A stretch of DNA of 64,000 nucleotides from contig JBLWGC010000121.1 of assembly GCA_048772705.1 (NCBI GenBank), forward strand, positions 62,001-126,000, written 5' to 3'. The notes beneath the pieces are model-generated. The model was given only the letters and a program-made list of their open reading frames with translations, did no database searches and was not told the DNA's origin. Within the stretch, counting starts at the first letter, position 1. Each line of letters begins with the position of its first letter. The DNA is from Leidyana gryllorum EB-2025a (Eukaryota > Protista > Apicomplexa). Below are positions 1 through 11,417 of this stretch, one piece after another. The translations under genes and the position numbers were made by a program.

Positions 1-3000
1 TCTCGTATGTCACAGCTTCGACTTTCTTTATCATTTGAACATCACTGTCCAAAGGCAGACTTCGTAACCAGCAATCCAACGAAGCATCCGCTGCTGCCCG
101 AGGGGTCACCAACTCCCTAAAGTAAAGTAACCATTCACTCAAATCTAAACGTCAATGACTTACGAGATGACAGTGTGCAGAGCAGCCGACCGCGCTTGGT
201 GGAAGTGACTGACAGTGGGGAACACCACGTTGGCCGCCTCGTTGCCTCCTCGTTGAAGCTGTTTGACATTCTCCAGAGTGGCCTTGAGCGACTTGAGAGC
301 GACCCGCAACGCTTGAGCCGGATCCGTACACTCACCCAGCGAGAGAGACTGAGTCATCTGGTCGAAGGAAATTACGTAAGAGGGCGCATAAGCTGCCCCG
401 CTGTCGCGAACTGGCTGGAAAACCGGCCCCTCGCCCGACCTCAGGAACTCTTGGCACACTATCAGTGCCGCGCCCTCAGTGTGGAGCCTAAAACCTTCTC
501 GAGCGCTGGGAGGGATGACTTGGTCTGGGAGCACCGATGTCAGAGACATTTGAGAGCTCTCGATGGTCGGGAGCACAGCGGTGTTCAGCTTGACACCCTT
601 AGCGGCAAAAGGCTGTGGCCGGCGGTATTTGAGGTAAGAGTGATACGTCGGAGCAGTGACGACGGATCCTTTAGCCGCGGCTTGGAACTCTTTGAACACT
701 TTGAGGAACGGACCGTTGGGGGCCTCAAAGACGCCGAGGTCGCCCGAAGCGGCGTGGATAGAAGTGGTCGTGGAGAAGAGATACTGTTTGAAGATGGGAT
801 AGAGCTGTTGCAGAATGTAGACGAGGATTTCAGGGAACTTCAGCCCCACTCGGCACACCAAATTGGAGATCAATCCGTTTGTCTCCAGGACGGGGCTGTT
901 CCAGTCGTAGCGGGTGAGATGAGTCATATCCGGCAGCACATCTTTGCCTTCTCTCAACTGGTTATTGTAATAGGCCAAATCCTTACGCAGGGTGACCAGC
1001 AACCTGTCCAATGAGAGATCGGTGTACTCCAGAACGGCACGAAGCAGTTTGAGAGACTTTGTGTCAAACTTGTCGAGCGAAGCTTTCCATTGGACATAAA
1101 TCGAAGTGTTGAACACTGATCCGCTGTCCAACCCGACCTGCATATCGTACTCCAACACTTCACCGCACAGCTTCTTGTGGAGATCTTTGCTTTCGATGAT
1201 GACCTGTCCTTTCTTGTCGGCGGGACCGGCAGTCTCCAATCCGAGTTCAGCCGCCAGAGCTTTGGGCATCTTGAGGTCACTGTTGAATATGCAATGGGCA
1301 AAGAGGTCGGCAATCTGTCCAATTCGGACTTTGTCCAACACAAACAGTAGAGCTCTATTGCAATAGTCGTCAAAGTCCACGTCTCCATCAGACCGTTCAA
1401 AGGACGATGACTCGTCGTCATCGTCGTCGTCGTCGTCGCTCCACTCTTCTTCTCCTTCGTCGGTGCAGTCCTCTTCGCCATTGAGTTTCTGCTGCCACCC
1501 TTTCTCAAAGTCGATCTTTCTGTTCTCCAACAGAAAATCGACAATGTCCATATCCATTCCTCGGAGACGGGTCTTCTTGGCTCCGGGGTTTTTGCCCTGG
1601 AGGAAAGTCCAGAGAGTCTGTTGGCACAGCTGTCGGGGCAAATTGATCAGCAGACCCAAATCGACAAAGTTGGACGCGAAAGTGGGACTCTCGTCCCCTT
1701 TGATCAATACCAGATGAATCGGAGATCCATAGGCTTTGAGGGCGGCGGGACATTCGTTCGGACCGCAATTGGTCAAATCAGTTCCCAACACCAATTGAGC
1801 ATTTCCAGTGGCCATCAGTGGCTCGACTTTGTTCTCAACCATCAACGCGGCAACTTTGGCTTTGCGGGCGTCCTCGTCGACCTCAGCCAGCTGTTTGATG
1901 GGAGGTTGACCGGGCTCGAGCCTCTTAGCGGCAAGCGCTTGGCGGGTGAGATCGACACTGGTCGCGTGAAGACTCGAGGGGTATACCAATGTCTCGTAAC
2001 ACGGGCGGTCGATGAACAATTGTTTCAGCAAATTCTTCCAATAACTCAAAGGTTTCGCCAACAGAGTCCGCAGAACTTCGTCGTGGCAAATCACATCTCT
2101 CAATGTACTCTGCCCATTGGTGATCTCCTCTTCCCGACTGTTCACAATCCAAGCAGAAACTCTCCAGTCAATGTGAGACTGCGGAGAGTCCTCCAAGGTG
2201 TCGAGCTCTTCCCAAATCTTGTTGTTGATTATTCCCTTCAACCTGTCCTGGTCCAGAGTGTAAGCGTCACCGTCGTTCACCAGACTGTTCAGAACGGCCT
2301 CGAACCGTTCGCGAATTTCGCGCATCTTATCCACTCTGCAGTCCTCAAAGTTGAAAATAAGCAAAGGCCATCGATACTCCATTGTGCTGAACGAAACAGT
2401 CGCAGCCAGACTGTCCGTCTCGGACTCCACAATGTCAGCGTTCACAGGGGCCGCAGACCCCTCAGTCAGATAGGTTCCCAAGACCTCCGTGGCAGCGCGG
2501 GCCTCAGCATTCGCCCAACACAGACCGCGGAAAGCCAACGACACAAACGCATCCCCGTCGTCGTCTCCAGGAGAGGTTCGCACAACCGTCGACGACCGCG
2601 GCAATTCAGGCTCGTCACCATCACACCAAATGCTGTGGAAAGGAGTCGAGCTCGCGGGCAAATTCTCTTCGGCCTTGGCAATGCATTCACAAAGCCGCTC
2701 CAAATCCACTTGGCCCACTACTAATATCACCATGTTGGAAGGCTTGTAGTATCTCTCGTGCATAGCCTTCACCATATCATTAGTCAATGACGGGATCATC
2801 TCCAGCGTCCCCCCAGTAGAATAACTCAGTCCGTGTCCAGCAGGGTACGCTTGCCTAAAATCAATACCCAATTAGAAGTGACAGGGGAGGCTCTTTCACA
2901 AGCACACTCTCACCTGGCTGCTGCATAGGTCGCAATCTCCAAAGGCTCGGCCATACAAGACTCCATTTCACTATAGACCACTCCCTTGTTCTCCCCCTGT

Positions 3001-3460
3001 TGAGATATGTGGAAGACTTCGGTTTCAAAATCGGCTTGGCTCAGCAACGGATTCAAAATGTGGTCCAAGTAAACGGGCAATAAGCCGAATAACCCCTCTT
3101 GACCAACCAATGAAGCGGTATAGACTGTACGGTCTGTGACCGTATAAGCATTTGTGCCACATGACACCATAGCCATGGCAACAGACTCCATATACCCTGC
3201 ATTCCAGGCTCACTTCCAGTCCGAAACTCATTGTTCTTACCTGCCACGGGATATCGTTGACTTCCGCGGAAAATAAGGTGCTCTAAGCAATGTGGCTCTC
3301 CGGCATCACTATCCCCCATGGTGGGAACAATCACGGACAAAGCCGCAATCGGACTGGGAGCAGCCGCCAATATGACGGCAATTCCAGTTTTACGGGACCT
3401 TAGATAGTGGCATTTGATGCCACTTACCTCAGTTTCGCTGACAAGGTTGAAGCCTTCCAT
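1..3460 (-). CDS. M16 (insulinase/pitrilysin-like) zinc metallopeptidase, multi-exon, 3' end runs off the window
   Basis: Inverted zinc motif HxxEH (GEPHCLEHLIFRGSQRYP), followed by TNAYT..DRTVY and ETEVFHI...KGVVYSEME. ORFs 3053-3499, 2910-3191 and 160-2871 join through GT-AG introns, and a further exon continues below nt ~116. ATG at 3460. Confidence 0.85.
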
Positions 3461-3957
3461 TCCGTCCGCCAAAAAAACCTGCACTGGCTCTTTGATCAAA
3501 CAAGAGGATCTGAACCATCGTTGCCCGAATGTGTTGTCAATATACTGCCGAACTGAAGTTGCAACGAAGATCGGTCACTCTCAATAAGCAACTGCATCAA
3601 CTACCAACACGAACGCACACGTGTTTGGTGGAAGTGTTCATTCACCGAGATCGGGAAATTTCGGGATGTGGTGCGCGAATCATTCAGCAACTGGAACATC
3701 CTGGGGTCCAGGAAGGTGGAATGGTTTGATCAGTTCTGCTGACAGATAATAATATTGGACCGCTATATATTCGAAGGCGCAAGCCTGGCTGAAGTGACTA
3801 AAAGATCGTTTTGTGGAGGTGACTGGGTATAATCGTCTCGCTGACCCAGCTGCCTGCGGAACGTATCTTGCACAGAGTGAAAGCGTGATGGGTTCGGCCC
3901 GTGCGGTGGATGAGGGTGCCACATGGTCAGGTGTGGCTTCAAATTTTTGTGACGAAC

Positions 3958-6900
3958 ATGGCGGTCGCCGATGGGCCGGTGGACAGGGCAGAAGGATATG
4001 AAATGCTTCTGAGCGCTTCGAGGCATAAGATACCTGCCTATTACAAGCGTCATTTGCCCAAGTATGAGAATCCTGAATACAACCCCCATTTCTTGTCCGC
4101 CACATGGCCACACATCTGGTCGTTCAATCTCTTCTTGGACTTCTATACTCAAGAGATGGTGAAGAGTCTGGAGTCCGTTTACATTGACGCGACAGCGGAC
4201 CCGATGCGAACGGACCTTGATTGCACGCACTTTCCTCCAGAGTATCTGAAGATCAGTATTTCGAAGGTTGAAATTGGGAAGCCCCGGCGAACTGACAATG
4301 AGGGTAACGCGAAGGCGGACCCCCGTATGTTCCCGCGACACGCTCGGACTGCCCACATCACATATGGGGCACCATTGTACATTACGTTCGTCTGGAACAA
4401 CACTGGTGGGAAGAAGGTGAAAGAGAAGAGGGTATTCAGTGGGCTGTGCCCAATTATGGTTCGGTCCAAGAACTGCCATCTGGCTGACATGTCGCCGTTC
4501 GCGATGTGTTGGTACGCTGGGGAGGACTTGAACGAGCCCGGTGGATATTTCATTGTCAATGGGAACGAGCGAGGAGTTCGATTTGTGGTACAGCAGCGTT
4601 GTAACTACGCGATTGGTATCAGAAAGTCTCGTTTCCGGACCCGAGATGTTCTCTATACGGAGTACGCGGTGTCTTTCCGTGGGATGCGACGGGACGGAAC
4701 TTCCACTAACAACTTGATATTCTTCACTGAGGATCACCAATGCGTTTTCCGTATCCTGCTGAACCGTGGAGAATGGACGTGTCCCTTCTGGACGTTGGCG
4801 AAGGCTCTTTTCCCGACCGTTCAGCTCAAGCTGCTCAAAGAGAAGCTTTTGGATGGAGTGGAAGACTCGGAAATGCTGTTCGAAGTTGAGGCTCTGTGGG
4901 AGCAGATGGTTCAGAGTGATACCCTCTACACTGATCAGGATTTCCAGGAAGATCGGGTAAGTCAACAGAGAGCAATGAGTGATGTTATATCAATTCTTTC
5001 GCAGTATTTGGCACAGTTGGGTCAGTTCTTCTGGGACGGAGTCTCGACTCGTCTGCCCCCGGGATCGGGATACGCAGCTGCCGGCCGCTTTGTGATAAAT
5101 GGTTATGTATTGGTCCACACGGACAGTTGGAACGGCAAATTGGAGACTCTCCTTCACATGTGGCGGAAGCTGTGGGCTATCAGACGTGGCGACATTCCCC
5201 CGGAGAACATTGATTCCTTTGCCCTTCAAGAGGCTTTGGGTCCGGGTCAGTTGTTCGCTTCGGTGCTGAAGGATGGGTTGTTCAATGTGCTGACGTCCAT
5301 TCGTCTGGGTTACATGAATGAGATCCGCCAGGCGAAAGCGGTTGGTGAAGATCCGATCAGTATCATTCGATCGGAATCGCTGTTTGAGCAGATCGTCGAG
5401 AGGAACGCTTCTGGGCCCGCGAAGGCGCTGTCTTTCTTTGTGGCCACCGGAAACATCAAAACGTATCAGTTGGATCTTCAACAGACCACTGGATGGACAA
5501 TCACCGCTGATCGTCTGAATATGAATCGTTTCATTGCCCACTTTAGAGCAATTCATCGCGGAGCTTTCTTTGCGAAGATGAGGACAACCGAAGTTCGAAA
5601 ATTGATTGGGGAAACGTGGGGTTTCATCTGTCCAGTCCACACTCCCGATGGGCCCACTTGTGGGCTCCTTCTCCATCTTGGTCAAGATGCTCTGGTGGTG
5701 TCAGACCCACCTGACGGTCGATTCAGAGCCGCTGTCATTGACTATCTTCTTTCGCAAGGGGTCGTCCCTGACGTCACTGGCCGTGTGATCTCGCCCGCTT
5801 CCAATGTCAAAGACTCCTTCCCCGTGGTGGTCGACGGTGAGCCTCTTTGCCGTCTCCCCCGAGACCTCTTTGATGAGTGGGCGACAAAGTTCCGCGAAGT
5901 CAAGTTGAACAGATCCCACGGGTTCCCCGCCCAATGTGAGCTCTGTTGTTTCAAGAAGGGCTGTGGTGCCTTTGAAGGTATTTATCTTTTTTCGTTCCCT
6001 GGCCGTCTCGTCCGGCCGGTTCGCGATGTCGCCACTGGACGCGTCGAATGGATAGGGCCCCTGGCCCAGCCCTGGCTGAGAATCGCCAGTTCCGATCGCG
6101 ACGTGGCCAATGCCCAAGAAGCCATCAGTCTCCAATCTGCTCTCATACATAAGCTCACTGACGCCGGACAGCCAAACCCCCCCGTGGCAGACTTTCAGGC
6201 AACCGTCGGTGCCTTCTCGGAAGCTCTGAAGAAGCCGGACCGAGAGGCCAAGCTGCTGGGATTGCTGGGTGTCACCAAACATGAGACCAGAGCCAAAGAG
6301 ATTGTTCAAGTTTGTCCAATGGATTACGATTACGTCGAGGTCTCACCCACATCCTTCTTGTCAATCAATGCCAGCTTTACCCCTCTCTCCAACCACAACC
6401 AGTCTCCAAGGTAAGGAGGGTCTCTCGCCCGGTCTTCCAAATCACCTTTTCGCTCTGCAGGAATATGTATCAGTGCCAAATGCTTAAGCAAACTATGGGA
6501 ACCCCATACCACAATCTCCACTATCGGACAGACAATAAAGTCTACCGCATCTTATTCCCCAATCGACCACTCGTCCGAAACAGGGATTATCGCAAATACG
6601 ACTTTGACCCCTACGCCTCTGGAACCAATGCTATTGTGGCCGTCATCTCCTACACCGGATTCGATATGGAAGATGCGATGATTATCAATAAACACTCCAT
6701 GGAACGCGGATTCGCCCACGGCTGCGTCTACAAGACTAAAGTCGTGGAGGCCGCTCCGGCCGGAACTCGTTTGGTGAGTGCAATCAAATTGTTTGACAAT
6801 CAATGATGGTTATCTCCTGCCAGATGGACGCAAAGAACTTTGTTTTCGCCAACGTGACGCCTTCGGGAGGCAAATACGACACTCAACTCGATACCGATGG

Positions 6901-8344
6901 CTTCGCCCCCATTGGCACTCTTCTGAAACGAGACACTCCACTCTACAGAACCGAGGACCTCCGCAAGAAGATGGCTGGCGGTATCGACGTCGACGGTCAC
7001 TGTGGCCACGTCCACACCTACCACGATGATGAGGAAGCCTATGTGGACAAGATCATCTTGACCAACCCGGAGGACCGTCACAACAAATACGGAGCATTGG
7101 TGCCCTGTCAAAGAGCTATGATCACTCTTCGATGTGTCAGAAATCCAATCATCGGTGACAAATTCGCTTCCAGGGCGGGTCAGAAAGGTATCCTGTCTCT
7201 GTTGTACCCACCAGAAGATATGCCTTTCTCGGTAAGTCAATATTTTGAGCTAAACACCAGACTAAATCTTCTTCTGTTCAGCCGTCGGGTATCACACCTG
7301 ATATCGTTTTCAACCCCCACGGCTTCCCCAGTCGTATGACTATCGGTATGATTATCGAGAGTATGGCGGGGAAAGCGGCTGCCATCCACGGATCCTTCCA
7401 AGATGCCACTCCGTTCAGAGAGTTCCCGCGTCAAGAAGTCGTTGACAACAATCGCTGGATCAATCAAGGTGGATACAATGGATGGACACGCCGGGGCAAG
7501 AGATACATGACCGAGGAAGAACTGGCTGATTACAAGGTCGATAACCCTGTTGATTACTTCGGAAAGGCACTTTTGACATCAGGATACCAATATTACGGCA
7601 CTGAACCCTTGTATAGCGGTATCCACGGTGTCGAAATGGATGCTCATATCTTCATGGGAGTCATCTACTATCAGCGGCTGCGACATATGGTCTCGGATAA
7701 ATGGCAGTGCCGTTCCACCGGACCCATAGACTCACTGACTCGTCAGCCAGTCAAAGGTCGAAAACGTGGAGGTGGTGTACGTCTGGGTGAAATGGAACGT
7801 GATGCCCTGCTGGGACACGGGGCTTCGTTCATGTTGCAAGATCGTTTACTGAACGTAAGTATTGACTTTGTTGTTCGGAGACACGCACACACGTGTTTGT
7901 TTGCAGTGTTCTGATGCGCATCAAGCGTTCGTTTGCCCGGTTTGCGGTAGCGTCTTGTCACCGTGCTTGGATCTCGGGAAAGCGAGAGCGGTGGGTGGCA
8001 CGCAGACGATCCCGGCTTGTCGCGTGTGTGACGTGCCTTGCCGTATGACGACCCTACCGTATATTTTCCGTTACGTATCTAACGAGTTGGCGGCGATGAA
8101 CATCGCCATTCGATTAAAGTTGAGAGAGTGCGATCAGGACATCAAGGTGGATAGCAAGCAGCCTTTACATGTAGGGGCGGCGATGGCACGGTTCCCGGCT
8201 CTAATCGAGAGCGCTCCTCCGCCGCCGGCAAGAGTGGAGATTGAGGAGGGTGCAACGAGTCAAGAAGAGGCGAACGAGCCTCAGGGAGAGGTGGCTAAAG
8301 TTGAGCTTATTCCAGTGAAGACTAAGGAAGAGCCGAAAAATTGA
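3958..8344 (+). CDS. RPA2: RNA polymerase I second-largest subunit (RPA2/RPA135)
   Basis: Motifs [94 protein letters not shown] and a C-terminal CxxC zinc site. Five short GT-AG introns (~4958, 6411, 6773, 7232, 7855). Confidence 0.96.
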
Positions 8345-8813
8345 TTATATGCCGCTATTCAATCTAGGGAACTCGACAGTACGAATAGGGAATGGTGACT
8401 GGTAATTGGTTGGCAGAGAGATCCAACTGGTTGGGTAGAGAGTTGTTGGTAAATTTGAGGGTACCATTGATGTTTGTTGAGACTCTTCGATTCGATTGAG
8501 TGTGAACTCTGCTAATTTGCCCATGGCCTAAGTGAGAGGTGCTCTTTGTTTCTTGGGAGAGTTAGGTTGCAGATTGGTTTCTAACCTGTTTAACTATTGC
8601 GGAGTTTATTGCTCCGTCGGCCACAGCGTTCATGATGGGTCTGTCCTCCGCACTGACGACCTGGAACGCTCGGGCTGACAAAGTTGCTGCTTTGGCTCCC
8701 AGTAGAGCTAAGCCGGACATTCGGCGACGTTCGGCTGGCTGTCCATTTGCTGTTGCTTGCGTCCCCAACAGAGAGGTGGAGCAAAGGAAGAGAGCCAAGC
8801 TGGCGATCAACAT
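8345..8813 (-). CDS. Small putative secreted protein (2 exons)
   Basis: Signal-peptide-like start (MLIASLALFLCSTSLLGTQATA). An intron GTTAG...CACTTAG (~8585-8528) joins an open second exon (AMGKLAEF...LNSGI*) whose TAA is at 8345-8347. Confidence 0.55.
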
Positions 8814-8873
8814 ATGTTTGTCTTTGCCGTACAGCAAGGATGCTTCCCCATTTTGTACTGGTCGAAAAAATAA

Positions 8874-10496
8874 ATGTCATCCGTAACTCGGGGCTGCCAT
8901 GTCATTATCCAGGACCTGGCGACTAAACAGGCTCGAGTCGAGTTCATAGGCGAAGGGCGTTCCGAGATTAAACAATGTGCGAAGCGCCCATCAATATTGG
9001 TCAATACCATATTGGGCTTGCCGTTCGGATCAGTACTGCAATTGCAACAGAACAAATGGGTACCTGCCCCTCGTCTCTTGGAGAACGAGCTCGTCCAAGG
9101 TGAGTTTGCACACTTGCCGCTTCGACTCTCTTCGTGTGTGTGTGTGTAGAGGTTCTGAAGGCTGCAGAGGCGGCTGATGGTGGTAACGGGATGACAGACG
9201 GAGGCGATGAGGGAGACTCGTCTCCTTCGTCACCGCCTGCGAAGAGACATAAGCCAGAGTTGTTGAACGACGATAATACTGCTCAATCACTCACTCCCGA
9301 AGAGGTCTTGGCTCTTAAAGAGAGTGGGATGGGCCATGTAAACTTTCTGAGTTCGTTATGTAGCGGCTCGCAGAGCTTCGACTACCGGAGCGACTTCGCT
9401 AAAGAGAAGTATGTGCTGCGCAAAATGCAAAGGCACGTTGTTCAGATGATGCTGTTGAAGCCGACCGCTCGTAATCTGGCAATAGCCTATGGAGAGCCGA
9501 TCAAAATCGGGGGCCTGAAACCCGAGACGGCTGCTCTGATGCTCAACGAAGCGAACATCACCTCGGGAAAAAAGGTGATGGTGTTCGACCATTCCACGGG
9601 GTACCTCACAATGTGCGCTCTCATGCGCATGGGAGGAATGGGACGTCTATACGCTCTCACTGAGAAGAAGGGCCTCTCTCAGCACATGGTATCTCAAGCC
9701 GATTTGTCTGAAGAATGGACAAATGTGATGTGTGACATCCCTATGACTGCTCTTCAAACTGCGTTGCAAAAGGGTGATTTCAACCACCCAGACATACTCG
9801 ACAAACACGAGTGGTTCAAGCGGTATGAGAACATTGATTTCGAGGTAAATGACCCCACGCGTCTCGAAATCGATCGAGAGCGGGCTCTCGCCGCGATGGA
9901 AAGACGCAAGATACGTCGAGTACGGCGGATGGACTTCTGGGATACCCTCGGCAAGGAAGGCGTCCAAGCCTTCATTGGGAACATAGATGGTACCAGAATG
10001 GAAGCCAACAATCCCATCCAGCTGGCCAACATGTTAAGCGAAGTGTACCAAGTGGCTGAAGGGATCCTACAGAGCGGTGGCCGGATTGTCCTTTACAGTT
10101 CCCAAATGAATCCATTGGTCGATCTGTATGCTTACATGAAAGCGCGCAAGAATACCTGGACTGCATTGCGGTTTGAAGAGTATGGATTAAGACGCATTTC
10201 GGTAAGCTAAATTATTCCCATCCGACTGGCTTCGTTGGAGGAATCCATCCTGGTGTGCTATTCGTTGTTTGTGCCCTTTGCAGTCGCTCGACTTTTGCTC
10301 GCGCGCTTCGTGTGTTTGTTTGTGTGTGTGCTCGCCGTGTCTCCCCCTCATTTTGGACATCACTGTGACTTTTGGCTGTCCGCAGACGCTTCCGGGCCGC
10401 AGTCATCCGCAAATGGAAAGTACATTGCGGATTTTCGAAGGTTTCGTGCTGACAGGATCGCGAATGACTGAGACTGAGATTGATCCAACTGAATGA
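8874..10496 (+). CDS. TRM6: tRNA (adenine-58-N1)-methyltransferase non-catalytic subunit (TRM6/GCD10)
   Basis: ILGLPFGS; AQSLTPEEVLALK..G..(F)DYRSDFAKEKYVLRK; ANITSGKKVMVFD. The terminal exon TLPGRSHPQM...GFVLTG follows a 184-nt intron (10202-10385). First intron ~9100-9149. Confidence 0.9.
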
Positions 10497-10553
10497 GGAG
10501 GGATTGGTGCATGCCAGGTGGGGGGAGTCCCGATTGCTCTTGAGTTGCGAGGG

Positions 10554-10979
10554 ATGCAGTCGTCGTCTGGCGAGATGCCCGCTGGGCTATTGCCCATTGT
10601 GGTTGAAAAGATGGTTCAGTTGGATGACCTGCGAACTCTGGAGAACAACACAATGGAAATGTGGCGGGCGTTGACACGGTATGAAATTCAGAAGGAAGAG
10701 GAGATGAAGAACTTCAAACGTCGGGAACAGGCCGAGATGGACGCTCTGCAGGCTCAGAACGCCCAGCTGCGGGCCGAGTTGCTAATTAGAGATGCTCACT
10801 TTGGGGTCGTGACACCCCCTTGTTGCCCACCATCGTCACAGACACCCGCTCCTTCTTGCTGCTGTTCGTCACCTGGGTGTTGCTGTTGTTGTTGTTGCGG
10901 CACCAGCGAATGCACCGCCTCGTGCCCCTCTGGCGGAGGGGGCGTGAGCGGCTGGGCCAATTGGAGACGACGACGGTGA
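10554..10979 (+). CDS. Hypothetical coiled-coil protein with Cys-rich tail
   Basis: Open frame with a heptad-like charged segment (LRTLENNTMEMWRALTRYEIQKEEEMKNFKRREQAEMDALQAQNAQLRAEL) followed by a poly-Cys stretch. No family recognised, and competing minus-strand frames exist. Confidence 0.4.
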   Translation: MQSSSGEMPAGLLPIVVEKMVQLDDLRTLENNTMEMWRALTRYEIQKEEEMKNFKRREQAEMDALQAQNAQLRAELLIRDAHFGVVTPPCCPPSSQTPAPSCCCSSPGCCCCCCCGTSECTASCPSGGGGVSGWANWRRRR

Positions 10980-11417
10980 CTGTGTGAAGAGGAGCGGAGA
11001 GGACGACCGCCCCGGGGCTGAGAGAGAAAAGCTTGGTGGTTGCTGCTGTGGGTGGCCGGATAGAAGTTCAATCTTCTTCTTGTGCTTCGTTAAGGGAAAG
11101 GTGCCGATCGGCTGGTGTCGGAGATCGGGCGCTGCGGTTGAACTGAGTAGAGGCAGGAGCAAAAGGCGATGAGGAAGAAAAGGGCTAGGAAGACTACAAC
11201 TCCGAGTACGAGCAGCAAGGAGGCCTCTTGAGTGATTGGGTCGTTTTTCTGTTGCATTAGGGTTGATGATCCAGTCGCGCACATTTTAGAATGACCATGC
11301 AATGAACTCTTGCTTGCTGACTGACTGACTGACTGACTTACTTCCTCCTCTTTGACAAGCTACTCTCTACTTCGCACTCGTGCTGGGAACCTATTACTCA
11401 TTCACTCCGTATTCACA

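Noticed and set aside
11090-11092. Stop-codon reassignment or readthrough (TAA as Gln)
   Set aside because: TAA, TAG and TGA all end genes here (eEF2 TAA, ELF1 TAA, aldolase TGA), and the breaks in conserved ORFs are explained by GT-AG introns.
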